This document shows, piece by piece, positions 30,844-40,380 of a stretch of 64,000 nt of DNA. The DNA is from Candidatus Altimarinota bacterium. GTDB lineage: Bacteria; Patescibacteriota; Gracilibacteria; JBDHUY01. Position numbers and translations under genes: made by a program. The DNA lies in assembly GCA_039809385.1 (NCBI GenBank), contig JBDHUY010000009.1, forward strand, positions 1-64,000. Reading direction: 5' to 3'. The number at the start of each line of letters is the position of its first letter. Position 1 is the stretch's first letter. Below the pieces are notes generated by a model that was not told the origin of the DNA, ran no database searches, and was given only the letters and a program-made list of their open reading frames with translations.

Positions 30844-31419
30844 CTAAAAGCGAACCTCGACCAATACGGACTTTGCACCCGGAACAGTACCTTTAACGCT
30901 CAAAATACGTTTTGTTGAATCATAGGCGATCACGGGTCGTTTTTTGAGAGTGATTCGATCCATCCCCAAATGACCGGGAAGCTTTTTGCCTTTCATAACC
31001 TTACCCGGGCGGGCACGTTGACCGATAGAACCAGGTTCGCGATGAAAATGAGATCCATGCGAGGCTGGACCTCCATGAAATCCGTGCCGGCGCATTACTC
31101 CTTGATAACCCTTTCCTTTCGAGACAGAAGAAATCTCGACTTCTTTTATCTCTTCCAATCCGGACAGAGATAAACTTGAACCTTTTTCAGCCGGTATATC
31201 GGTCACAAAACCTTTGAGCGTATGAAATTTTTTATTGCTGGTCGGTTTTTTATACGGATTAGCAGCCAATACAATCCGGGAAATTCCGTCATGTGAGTCG
31301 GGGCGAATATCTACCACCTGATTGTCAAGGATTTGAAGCTGTGTCACCGGGACCAATAATCCTTCGGAGTTCACCAGACGAGTCATCCCCATTTTGGAAG
31401 CCAATACGCCACCCTTCAT
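30844..31419 (-). CDS. rplC: 50S ribosomal protein L3
   Basis: KMGMT, SKGKGYQG, SHGS..HR.PGSIG and KGTVPG. Confidence 0.96.
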   Translation of the reverse strand: MKGGVLASKMGMTRLVNSEGLLVPVTQLQILDNQVVDIRPDSHDGISRIVLAANPYKKPTSNKKFHTLKGFVTDIPAEKGSSLSLSGLEEIKEVEISSVSKGKGYQGVMRRHGFHGGPASHGSHFHREPGSIGQRARPGKVMKGKKLPGHLGMDRITLKKRPVIAYDSTKRILSVKGTVPGAKSVLVEVRF

Positions 31420-31451
31420 AACAAGAAAAATAAACAGACGATATAAATGTC

Positions 31452-31799
31452 TTAAATCATTTTTATCTCAATATCGATCCCCGACGGGAGACTCAGATTA
31501 GTCAATGAATCAATTGTTTTCGAATTACTGTTCGATATATCGATAAGCCGACGGTGCGTGCGCATTTCAAACTGATCGCGAGCATCTTTTTTAACAAAAG
31601 TAGAGCGATTCACTGTCATTTTTTCAATACGTGTTGGCAGTGGAATCGGCCCGTGCACCACCGCTCCCGTATTGGCAGCTGAATCGATAATCACCTTAAC
31701 TGCTTGATCGATAATACGATAATCGAACGATCGTATTTTGATACGAATGCGCGGCGCTTGTGCAGTACTTCCTTCTGATTTTTTAGCGGCGGTTGCCAT
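31452..31799 (-). CDS. rpsJ: 30S ribosomal protein S10
   Basis: IRIKIRSFD, GPIPLPT and FEMRTH.RLIDI. Confidence 0.97.
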   Translation of the reverse strand: MATAAKKSEGSTAQAPRIRIKIRSFDYRIIDQAVKVIIDSAANTGAVVHGPIPLPTRIEKMTVNRSTFVKKDARDQFEMRTHRRLIDISNSNSKTIDSLTNLSLPSGIDIEIKMI

Positions 31800-31916
31800 G
31801 AGAAATATATGCGAGATAAAAGAAACCGGAAATTAAAGAGACACTTTTTAGATACGAAAATTCCCCTTCTTAACAGGGCGGAAACCGTATTAATGAAGGG
31901 GAAAGTTCAACGGAGT

Positions 31917-33104
31917 TTATTCGAGAATTTTGGTAACGACTCCGGCGCCTACGGTATGTCCGCCTTCGCGGATAGCAAATCGTACGCCTTCGGTCAGAGC
32001 TATCGGACTACCGAGTTCTACCACCATTTTAATATTATCTCCCGGCATCACCATTTCTACTCCGGAAGGAAGTTCAATCCCTCCGGTTACGTCCGTAGTA
32101 CGGATATAAAACTGAGGCTTGTATCCTTTAAAGAATGGCGTATGACGTCCGCCTTCTTCCTTTGTGAGAACGTACACTTCGGCTTCGAATTTTTTATGGG
32201 GAGTAATACTGCCCGGTTTGGCGATCACCATACCGCGCTCCACGTCGTCTTTTTCAATACCGCGCAGCAGCAATCCGACGTTATCACCGGCCTGCCCCTG
32301 GTCCAGCAGTTTCCGGAACATTTCGACTCCGGTTACAACTGTCTTGCGAGTATCGCGGATACCAATCAATTCGACTTCTTCATTGACTTTTACTACTCCC
32401 TGCTCAACGCGTCCGGTTACGACCGTACCGCGTCCTTTGATCGAGAACACGTCTTCGACCGGCATCAGGAAGGGTTTGTCAAGATCGCGGACCGGATCGG
32501 GTATATAGCTGTCCAATTGATCCAAAAGCTCTTGAATACATTTGGTAGCACCTTCATCGGCCGGAGCTTCCAAGGCCTTAAGAGCCGATCCTTTGATAAT
32601 CGGGACCTGGTCTCCGGGAAATTTGTATTTGGAAAGCAGATCACGGACTTCAACTTCTACCAGCTGCAGCAATTCGGGATCATCAACCATGTCTACCTTA
32701 TTCAAGAATACCACGATATTCGGAACGTTTACCTGACGAGCCAGCAAAATATGCTCACGGGTCTGAGGCATCGGGCCGTCTGCGGCGGATACGACCAGAA
32801 TCGCACCGTCCATCTGAGCGGCACCGGTAATCATATTCTTGATATAGTCGGCGTGTCCCGGACAGTCTACGTGTGCGTAGTGACGAGTAGCTGTTTCATA
32901 TTCCTGGTGCGATGTGTTAATGGTAATACCACGGCTTCTTTCTTCGGGAGCACTGTCGATTTCACCATAAGCGCGGGCCTGGGCCAATCCTTTGGAAGCA
33001 AGATAGGTACAAATAGCGGCGGTCAACGTTGTCTTTCCATGGTCTACGTGACCGATCGTACCGACATTGACGTGCGTTTTGTTGCGGACAAATGTGCCTG
33101 CCAT
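31917..33104 (-). CDS. tuf: Elongation factor Tu
   Basis: [25 protein letters not shown] and EGGHTVGAG. Start at ATG 33104. Confidence 0.99.
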   Translation of the reverse strand: MAGTFVRNKTHVNVGTIGHVDHGKTTLTAAICTYLASKGLAQARAYGEIDSAPEERSRGITINTSHQEYETATRHYAHVDCPGHADYIKNMITGAAQMDGAILVVSAADGPMPQTREHILLARQVNVPNIVVFLNKVDMVDDPELLQLVEVEVRDLLSKYKFPGDQVPIIKGSALKALEAPADEGATKCIQELLDQLDSYIPDPVRDLDKPFLMPVEDVFSIKGRGTVVTGRVEQGVVKVNEEVELIGIRDTRKTVVTGVEMFRKLLDQGQAGDNVGLLLRGIEKDDVERGMVIAKPGSITPHKKFEAEVYVLTKEEGGRHTPFFKGYKPQFYIRTTDVTGGIELPSGVEMVMPGDNIKMVVELGSPIALTEGVRFAIREGGHTVGAGVVTKILE

Positions 33105-33557
33105 AGAAGTAATTTGGGTAACAAAATAAGAAAGCCAATAATTTACATAGGCGGAAGATACGTTATCAAAAGGCAAAAACGAATGCAAGATTTTTTTAAA
33201 TTTAGCGGTTAGTACATAGCGGCTAGCAGACAGTCTGTTGTTATTATCGTCATGGCGCAGCAGAAGATAGCCAAATTATGGCATTGTAGCAACTTTCCAG
33301 GCTGACCGCTCATCGCTCGTCGCTAGCCGCTCATCGCAACCTGCCTTTTTCACCAGATTTTATCTTTTCCTCATTATTGTACGAATAGGATAGAACTCGA
33401 TAGTGTATCTTTCCTTTCGAAATGGATACGACCAAAAAGCTAAAAAAAGTCGAGACGTGATGATTTTATGTCGTTTGAAAAATTAAAGAAAATTTTATAT
33501 CTATACTCTATAGATCATATATACTATTGGTATTTTACATTTAAAACAAATATACCA

Positions 33558-34496
33558 ATGTCATCAACCATGCGGTACCTTGCGGGAATTTTGTTTTTCA
33601 GCGTATTGCTGGGAATACCGGCTGCTTCATCGGAAAACAACTGCCGCTCCTACCCGATTGATTGTTGGGGTTCTATAAACGGGATTTCCTGCGGACAGGT
33701 GGGAGTATCCGAATATTGCGGGTACGAGCAATTCACGGCCTGCCCGGCAAAGTATCCCGCGTGCTATTACACCGGACCAGACCCCCAATGTCTGGAGAAT
33801 TGTGAGAAAGACCATATTCCGCCCCACATCATAGCGATCCCTCCAGCTCTCAATGTTACGATTCCCAATTTCATACATGTGATACTTACTCTCCGGGATG
33901 AGAATATGCGGGTTGCTCGGGGGCGATATATGATTGACGGCCTCGCAGATACCAGGAAGGGGTTGTATTTCGAAGAAAGTACGGTGATTACGATTGTCGC
34001 ACCCGGGCATCATTTCATATCGGTATGGGCGACAGATGATGCCGGGAATACTCAAACAGCGGTTTTTGGCCCCTACCGGATAAACACCGAAACGGACGGA
34101 AACAGCAATCAGAATATCAGCCCGCAGATAGTTGAATGCCCTTATTCCATGGATGCTCCCGAAACCATCAGATCGGGTACGGTACTTGCATGGCTGAGAC
34201 TCTGCGGCCCCTCTTTTGAAAAATTATTAGAAGAGAAAGAAGTGGCGACGGGACCGATCTTACTTACCGACTCTTTTGATAGAATCGTGTCTAGCGCAAA
34301 GCTGCCGAGCCAACATAGCTGGACACCGACCGAACCGAGCGGCAATATTCAAACGAAACTCCGCGAGATGCTCCAGAAAAAGGTTTGTGCACTTGCTGAC
34401 AAAGAATTTCCCATAGACTTATTGCTCACAACCTATCATCTGGAGGGCTTTCCATTTTTTATCATGTCAGATTGCCCGATGATATATAAAGAATAG
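33558..34496 (+). CDS. Secreted Cys-rich protein A: signal peptide, Cys-rich head, Ig-like (D..GN) domain, 4-Cys helical domain
   Basis: Signal peptide MRYLAGILFFSVLLGIPAAS; two domains clearly paralogous to the downstream ORFs. Confidence 0.8.
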   Translation: MSSTMRYLAGILFFSVLLGIPAASSENNCRSYPIDCWGSINGISCGQVGVSEYCGYEQFTACPAKYPACYYTGPDPQCLENCEKDHIPPHIIAIPPALNVTIPNFIHVILTLRDENMRVARGRYMIDGLADTRKGLYFEESTVITIVAPGHHFISVWATDDAGNTQTAVFGPYRINTETDGNSNQNISPQIVECPYSMDAPETIRSGTVLAWLRLCGPSFEKLLEEKEVATGPILLTDSFDRIVSSAKLPSQHSWTPTEPSGNIQTKLREMLQKKVCALADKEFPIDLLLTTYHLEGFPFFIMSDCPMIYKE

Positions 34497-34581
34497 ACCC
34501 GCTATTTCAAAACACCGTTATAGTACTCTTTACTTTTATAGTTGAAGCAACATTCTTTCTATTTGTTCCATAGAAAAATTA

Positions 34582-34590
34582 TGTTATAAT
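34582..34590 (+). promoter_or_regulatory. Extended -10 promoter element
   Basis: TGTTATAAT 35 nt before ATG 34626. Confidence 0.5.
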
Positions 34591-34625
34591 AAAAATGCAT
34601 TCTGAAAAAATAAACAAAAAATACC

Positions 34626-36866
34626 ATGGACTTATCATCTTGCCAGTTGAAAAAATACGATTTTCAACTATTGCCCCTCATCTTAGGTATAATCGTGGCA
34701 GCCAGTTTTTTCCTTATGGGAAGTCCCGTACACGCGGCCGTACGTGGAGGATATTGCGGCGACGGAGTATGTGATTCGACAACTGAAAGCAGTAGTACGT
34801 GTTCAGCAGATTGCGGCGCCAGCACGACAATCACTTATGGTGCTTATTATTGCGATACAACGACTTACCAGTGTTCTACAAAAAAATGTATAAGCGGAAC
34901 AACCGGCTGTTATAGTGATGCGACTACTTGCGCCAATAATTGCAAAGCTCCCGCAACGTACGGTTATACCTGTAATACCTCTACCTATCAATGTTCCTCT
35001 TGCGTCATCGGTACTGCAGGTTGTAACTACTCCGATCTAACATCCTGTCAATCAGGCTGTCAAGCTCCTACCAGATATGGCTATGCCTGTAATACCTCTA
35101 CTTATCAATGTTCTTCCTGCGTCATCGGTACTGCAGGTTGTAACTACTCCGATCTAACATCCTGTCAATCCGGATGCCAGGCTCCTACGAAGTACGGCTA
35201 TACCTGTAACACCTCTACGTATCAATGTTCTTCCTGCGTCATCGGTACTGCTGGCTGCTCCTTCTCTGACCTCACTTCGTGTCAATCAGGCTGCCAAAAT
35301 ACAAATACAATCCAATTATCGAGTATCAGTCCCAGTAGTGGACTCGCCGGTACGATCGTTGGGATTACCAGTGGAAACAGTGGCTTTACCAGTACGGGCA
35401 ATATCGTATATCTCAGAAATACTTCAACCGGAAACACCACAAGCATCACGAATACTACGGCGCTCAGTTCGTTAAAAACAGGAGATGCGGCAGCCTTGGC
35501 ATTCTTATCAGGTCCGTTCGCGATAGCACAAACCGAAGCGGCGGGAGGGTATAATATATTGAGATTTACAATTCCTTCCGGATTACCGAACGGTTTATAC
35601 GACCTTACCGTAAAGAACGGAGCGGGAGAAGACAGCATAGATCCCCCGCTGCAATTTAGTATTTCCAATGACTCGACACCTCCCGACATAACGGCAGCTC
35701 CGAGCAGCGCCAACTCCAATAGCCCGATAAGCGTACTGCTTCAGGCGAGCGATACAGGCGGGTCAGGTCTTTTGGAAGCACGCTATATGCTCGACGCGGC
35801 AGCAGGAGACGGAGTAGGTTTTACATTTACTGCCAGCACGACCGTAACCATCAACCGCACGACATCCCAGCCGAGCGAGACACATTACATTTCTGTATGG
35901 GCGCGTGACAATGCCGGAAATACTTTCAGCCATACGTTTCAGCCATTCACGATCACCACCACGAACAGCAATACCAATGCATCCAACAGCAATCAAAACA
36001 ACAGTATTTCTGGTATTGATATAGGGAGTTGTATTTATACGCTTGATCAAGCTAAAGTTCAAAGTGGTACGCTTTTCAATTGGCTGAGGGATTGCGGACC
36101 GGCATATAAACAGTTGTTAGCCAACCGTAACGTGCCGATACAAGTCGATTTGACCGCACCGTTCGATACGATAGTTTCTGCTGTATCTATCCCACAATTA
36201 TACGGCTGGGTGCCAACTTATAGCGGCGGAAATATTCAAAACACCATCGGCGAAGAACTACAACGTTCGGTATGTACGCTAACCGCCCAAGGCGTCCCCT
36301 TTTCTACGCTGGTGACCAGTTATCATCTGAATGATTTGCCGTTTCCACTTAGTAACAGCTGTAGCGGAAGTGGCGGCGGGAACGGTAACGCAAACGGCAC
36401 CGGCGGCGGGACAAGCTTGGACCAGATCCGTCCATGGGTGAATGTCAATGTTACTCAGGTGATCAATCGACCAAGATCAACAATCGTCCGATTAACGGCC
36501 AAAGACAATGTCGGCGGGAGCGGAATCCAGGACGCGGCGTATGAGATCAATACTCCTGTTTCATCTTCCACTGCGTCGAATAAACACTTTACCGATACGA
36601 TCAACGCGGCAATTCCCGATGGTGGAACGCTTCACTGGTATGCCAAAGACAAGGCCGGGAACGAAGCACGGGGAACGTTTACTCCCAATAGTAGCGGTTC
36701 AACCGAACCACCCATTGTTATAACGGATCCCGGGGGTACAACCCGTCAGTGCGAAACAAATACGATCTGTATTCCCCATCCCCTTTGTTCAGTAGATACG
36801 GGGGGAGTTCCTTGCCCGCCTCCCATGTGTAACACAACTACCGTGTGTGTTCCGGTACAGAACTGA
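34626..36866 (+). CDS. Secreted Cys-rich modular surface protein B (746 aa)
   Basis: Signal peptide ending VHA; CGDGVC module; Cys repeats; IPT/TIG-like domain; two Ig-like D.AGN domains; C-terminal six-Cys module. Confidence 0.88.
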   Translation: MDLSSCQLKKYDFQLLPLILGIIVAASFFLMGSPVHAAVRGGYCGDGVCDSTTESSSTCSADCGASTTITYGAYYCDTTTYQCSTKKCISGTTGCYSDATTCANNCKAPATYGYTCNTSTYQCSSCVIGTAGCNYSDLTSCQSGCQAPTRYGYACNTSTYQCSSCVIGTAGCNYSDLTSCQSGCQAPTKYGYTCNTSTYQCSSCVIGTAGCSFSDLTSCQSGCQNTNTIQLSSISPSSGLAGTIVGITSGNSGFTSTGNIVYLRNTSTGNTTSITNTTALSSLKTGDAAALAFLSGPFAIAQTEAAGGYNILRFTIPSGLPNGLYDLTVKNGAGEDSIDPPLQFSISNDSTPPDITAAPSSANSNSPISVLLQASDTGGSGLLEARYMLDAAAGDGVGFTFTASTTVTINRTTSQPSETHYISVWARDNAGNTFSHTFQPFTITTTNSNTNASNSNQNNSISGIDIGSCIYTLDQAKVQSGTLFNWLRDCGPAYKQLLANRNVPIQVDLTAPFDTIVSAVSIPQLYGWVPTYSGGNIQNTIGEELQRSVCTLTAQGVPFSTLVTSYHLNDLPFPLSNSCSGSGGGNGNANGTGGGTSLDQIRPWVNVNVTQVINRPRSTIVRLTAKDNVGGSGIQDAAYEINTPVSSSTASNKHFTDTINAAIPDGGTLHWYAKDKAGNEARGTFTPNSSGSTEPPIVITDPGGTTRQCETNTICIPHPLCSVDTGGVPCPPPMCNTTTVCVPVQN
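34959..35298 (+). repeat. Three tandem 117-bp (39-aa) intragenic repeats
   Basis: Units start at 34959, 35076 and 35193 and encode YGYxCNTSTYQCSSCVIGTAGCxxSDLTSCQSGCQ. Confidence 0.95.
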
Positions 36867-36924
36867 TGTACATAATAAACCCGATTCATAGCTATTTTTC
36901 TTTAACCATCAACTCTGCTCATCC

Positions 36925-39900
36925 ATGTCTACCAAATACAAAATCGCCATATTGTTAGGATACGTCTGGGCTATGAGTATCATACCAAATGCTTTGGGGT
37001 TCACAGGAATGATCAATCCAGACTACAATCCGACTACTCCTGGTATAAATACCGAAATAGGAAGTATTAATACTACCGCAGGTGGAACAAAATTTGGATT
37101 CCAAGGAAACAGCTATAATGCAAACTATGTAGGTGAATGCAGTAGTATGACGTGTCCTTGTGATCCAGACGAAGTCACTGCACAAACCTGCGAACACCAA
37201 GATAGTGTCCTCGAATGCAACGGCGGCGGCGGTACAGTCCGGATCAATGATGGTAATCACGGGACATCGGTTATCTGCGATTCAGGGGTACACAGTTTAG
37301 GGATGATCAATTCGAGTTTTTGCGGAGACGGAATATGTATCGATGGTGAGGCTTGCTTGCTGGATTGCGGTGAGAGCGGGGGTAACAGTGGGGAAACATT
37401 TTGCCCATACTACGCGTCTTCTTTGAAGGATTGCGGTGAGAGCGGGGGTAACAGTACATCATCTACCTTTTTAAGTATAACCTCCATCACACCTGACTCC
37501 GCCAGTAGTGGAAGCAGTATACTCATCAACGGAACTGGATTTAGCGCTGCAGGGAATATCGTTTCTTTTAGCAATCGTACCACCCGGGGATCGACCACAC
37601 AGCTGCAAACGCAGGCCAGCAAAAGACCTCCTCGAGCCAACGACTACAACATCCTTAGTCTGACCGTACCCGCCAATCTGAGCGGGCTGTATGATGTATC
37701 GGTAAGAAATAGCACCGGAGAGGTAAGCAATACGTTAGTCTTTTTGGTACCCTCTTCCGGAACTCAAACAACAAATACAGACACTGCCAATAGCAATATA
37801 TCCCCACCACCAGGTACCAATTTCGCTATTACTGATCTCACCCCTTCTCAAGCCAACGCGAGTTCCAATATTCTCGTTACCGGAAACAGATTTACCGGAA
37901 GCGATAACACGTTCTTTCTCAGAAACCTCCAAACCGGCCAGACCTTTACCATCCGCAATGCCAGCGGATCAAATCCGATCACGTCATGGCTCGACGCCCC
38001 AGAGGAAACAAACAGATTATTTTCCTGGCTAATTCCTCAGGCCGAAGCGGTTGAATTTATCCCTGGGGGTGCGAGTAGTGGTGGGATCAGCGCGAATACC
38101 GGCGGAGGCGGCAGTATCGGAATTGGGCCGGGAGGGAACGATATTATTATCATCTGTGGAGGACCGGGAGGAACGTATGAAACAACCGGATCGCTCGAGG
38201 AAAATCCTTGTGGCGGGGGAGAACAAATCATCGATATTATCGACCGTCCGTTCGTTGAAGGGTATTGTGGTGATGGAATGTGTACCCCTCTGCTAGGGGA
38301 AAGTACCCAGACATGCCCAGTTGATTGCGGCGGCGGGACCTGCATTGACACAAACTGGAGCCCCAGCGCGGGCAATGTATGCAGCGGCGTATCCTTTCTT
38401 CAGACCAGTAACTGTTCGAACACGAGAACAGAAATAGGAACCAAGACGTGTGCCGGCAGCTGTACCGTTTCTGCATGGAGCCCGGATGCATCCACCATCT
38501 GCAGCGGTCAAAGCTTTGTGCAATGCGCTACTACCCAAGGTCCTTTTGCTCATGTTTGGTGTCAAAGTCAAAGCTTTGTGCAAAGCAGCAATTGCGGTAC
38601 TACCAGAACCGTGAATGGAACAAAAAACTGCAGCTCGAATACAACGCTTTATAGCAATGCTGCATTTGTCATACCTTCCACAGCACAACCCGGTACCTAT
38701 GAAGTGACAGCACAAAACGGCTTGGGACAAGTAAGCAACCCCCTTCAATTTACCATTCCTGGCAGCGCAACTCCGCCACCAAGCATCTGTACGAAAACCG
38801 GAGGCAATGTCTACGGTATCGCCTACGGTCAGGATGCTGGTCCTCTGTATTTCCAGCCTTCCGATGCGGCAAACGCGCATCCAGCACTGTGTATCGATTT
38901 TGGAGTAACGATTAACCCGGACAACTCAGTCAGCGGCACCAGTCTTAGTCCGTTTTACGGTACAATTGACTGGCATAACTCCCAGGTCACAAGCGGAAGT
39001 ACCTACTCCGTTTTCACCGGCAGTGTAGCACTAAGCAATTATTCGCTTAATCTGGGAAATACGACATCTCCGGATACGGATTGCGTTCCTGCCAATCTGA
39101 GTTTCCCGCCTAAAAAGGAAATTATCTGCATAGACGGAACCGGAAAGTTTTCGGGATGGATCAAGCACCCGACTACGTTCGGGTACATCAATTTCGACAA
39201 CGTAACGACCACCTGGAGACCGGCGGGTGGAGCAATCGCAGCTGGATCGTGCGATTTTGATCCGAACGATCAAACTAATAAACGCAACGGCGTGTACGTA
39301 TCCTGGCTGTTACAATGCGGTCATGCTTTTGGTACCTATCTCACCGGCAAAGGGATTTATGACAATACGACACTGGCCCTGTTGAATTTATCGTCTCCAA
39401 CTGAGATTAGTACCGAAAATTCCAAGATTGTCACAGAAAGTAGTAAACTTTCAGAAAATACCGTATCGACCCGAGGTGCAGGGATTGCCGGAATCGGCAA
39501 TGTAATCCGGTCTCTGACGCTGGGAGCAACGGCGCTGCCTTCGACGACACGGCAAAGTACCGCCACGTTTGCTACAGAGGGAACGATTGTACGACTGATG
39601 CGGGAAAAAATCGAAAGCTACCTTTGCCGAGCCGAAAACTCCGAGACAGCCAGACAACAGATACTGACCGATTTTCATATCTCCGGGAACCCGTTTTTCA
39701 TTCAAAATTCAAAGTGTCTGGGGGGAGCGGGATCGCAGGATTTGGAAGCCCCAGCGGTCAATATAACTCCCGTGGATATCGGCAGTTCTCAGATTACCCT
39801 GAAGCTCCATGCTGTAGACAATGTGGCGATCTCAGACGCTGCGTTTGATATCAACACAACCGCGTCTCAAAGCACGCCCTCTTCCAAGCATTTTAATCCG

Positions 39901-40203
39901 AACAAAAATGGAGTGATACTGGCACCGGGAGATGCGCTCTATTGGTGGGCACAAGATACTGCGGGGAATATTGGGGCCGGAGTAGCCGTGGCCCCTGGAG
40001 GAAGCGGAGGAAACAGCAATAGAAATATCAACGGAACTTTTCCGATTGGTGAAGTGGGAAACGAGTTACCACCTGAGAGACCTGGTTATGAACGCTGTTT
40101 ACCGACCAGAACATGCTACGAAATAGTATGCCGGGATATAGCATTCTGCCCTGACGGACCTCCACCACCTCAATGTGATATAACTTACACGTGTTCTCAG
40201 TAA
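36925..40203 (+). CDS. Secreted Cys-rich modular surface protein C (1092 aa)
   Basis: Signal peptide; two CGDG modules; two IPT/TIG-like domains; AYGQD beta domain; 4-Cys helical domain; Ig-like domain; C-terminal six-Cys module. Confidence 0.88.
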   Translation: MSTKYKIAILLGYVWAMSIIPNALGFTGMINPDYNPTTPGINTEIGSINTTAGGTKFGFQGNSYNANYVGECSSMTCPCDPDEVTAQTCEHQDSVLECNGGGGTVRINDGNHGTSVICDSGVHSLGMINSSFCGDGICIDGEACLLDCGESGGNSGETFCPYYASSLKDCGESGGNSTSSTFLSITSITPDSASSGSSILINGTGFSAAGNIVSFSNRTTRGSTTQLQTQASKRPPRANDYNILSLTVPANLSGLYDVSVRNSTGEVSNTLVFLVPSSGTQTTNTDTANSNISPPPGTNFAITDLTPSQANASSNILVTGNRFTGSDNTFFLRNLQTGQTFTIRNASGSNPITSWLDAPEETNRLFSWLIPQAEAVEFIPGGASSGGISANTGGGGSIGIGPGGNDIIIICGGPGGTYETTGSLEENPCGGGEQIIDIIDRPFVEGYCGDGMCTPLLGESTQTCPVDCGGGTCIDTNWSPSAGNVCSGVSFLQTSNCSNTRTEIGTKTCAGSCTVSAWSPDASTICSGQSFVQCATTQGPFAHVWCQSQSFVQSSNCGTTRTVNGTKNCSSNTTLYSNAAFVIPSTAQPGTYEVTAQNGLGQVSNPLQFTIPGSATPPPSICTKTGGNVYGIAYGQDAGPLYFQPSDAANAHPALCIDFGVTINPDNSVSGTSLSPFYGTIDWHNSQVTSGSTYSVFTGSVALSNYSLNLGNTTSPDTDCVPANLSFPPKKEIICIDGTGKFSGWIKHPTTFGYINFDNVTTTWRPAGGAIAAGSCDFDPNDQTNKRNGVYVSWLLQCGHAFGTYLTGKGIYDNTTLALLNLSSPTEISTENSKIVTESSKLSENTVSTRGAGIAGIGNVIRSLTLGATALPSTTRQSTATFATEGTIVRLMREKIESYLCRAENSETARQQILTDFHISGNPFFIQNSKCLGGAGSQDLEAPAVNITPVDIGSSQITLKLHAVDNVAISDAAFDINTTASQSTPSSKHFNPNKNGVILAPGDALYWWAQDTAGNIGAGVAVAPGGSGGNSNRNINGTFPIGEVGNELPPERPGYERCLPTRTCYEIVCRDIAFCPDGPPPPQCDITYTCSQ
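37362..37455 (+). repeat. Exact 28-bp direct repeat flanking a 38-bp unique insert
   Basis: GGATTGCGGTGAGAGCGGGGGTAACAGT at 37362-37389 and 37428-37455. Confidence 0.92.
38507..38583 (+). repeat. Exact 17-bp direct repeat flanking a 43-bp unique insert
   Basis: GTCAAAGCTTTGTGCAA at 38507-38523 and 38567-38583. Confidence 0.92.
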
Positions 40204-40259
40204 AAATGCTGACAAATCCCGTCTCCGCTGACAATTTATCAAATGACACCCAAAATATA

Positions 40260-40287
40260 TTGACATATCTTATCACGGGGTTATAAT
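40260..40287 (+). promoter_or_regulatory. Consensus sigma70 promoter
   Basis: TTGACA-N16-TATAAT upstream of the 98-aa gene. Confidence 0.8.
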
Positions 40288-40380
40288 TCTAGAAAGAGGA
40301 GGTTGATAAAAATTAAAAGAATTGTAAAAAAATAAAATAGAAATAAAAAAAGATACTATATTTTTTTATTTCTATTTTTT

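Noticed and set aside
31861-31903. Hairpin between tuf and rpsJ as an S10 leader
   Set aside because: The stem TTCCCCTT/AAGGGGAA is real, but I cannot distinguish a terminator, a processing site or a leader.
31809-33212. 467-aa plus-strand ORF
   Set aside because: It is the antisense shadow of tuf, a common codon-bias artefact. The other antisense ORFs over ribosomal and metabolic genes were rejected for the same reason.
37362-37455. CRISPR array
   Set aside because: There are only two repeat copies, they lie inside a CDS, they are not palindromic, and the window has no cas genes. Reported instead as a micro-insertion.
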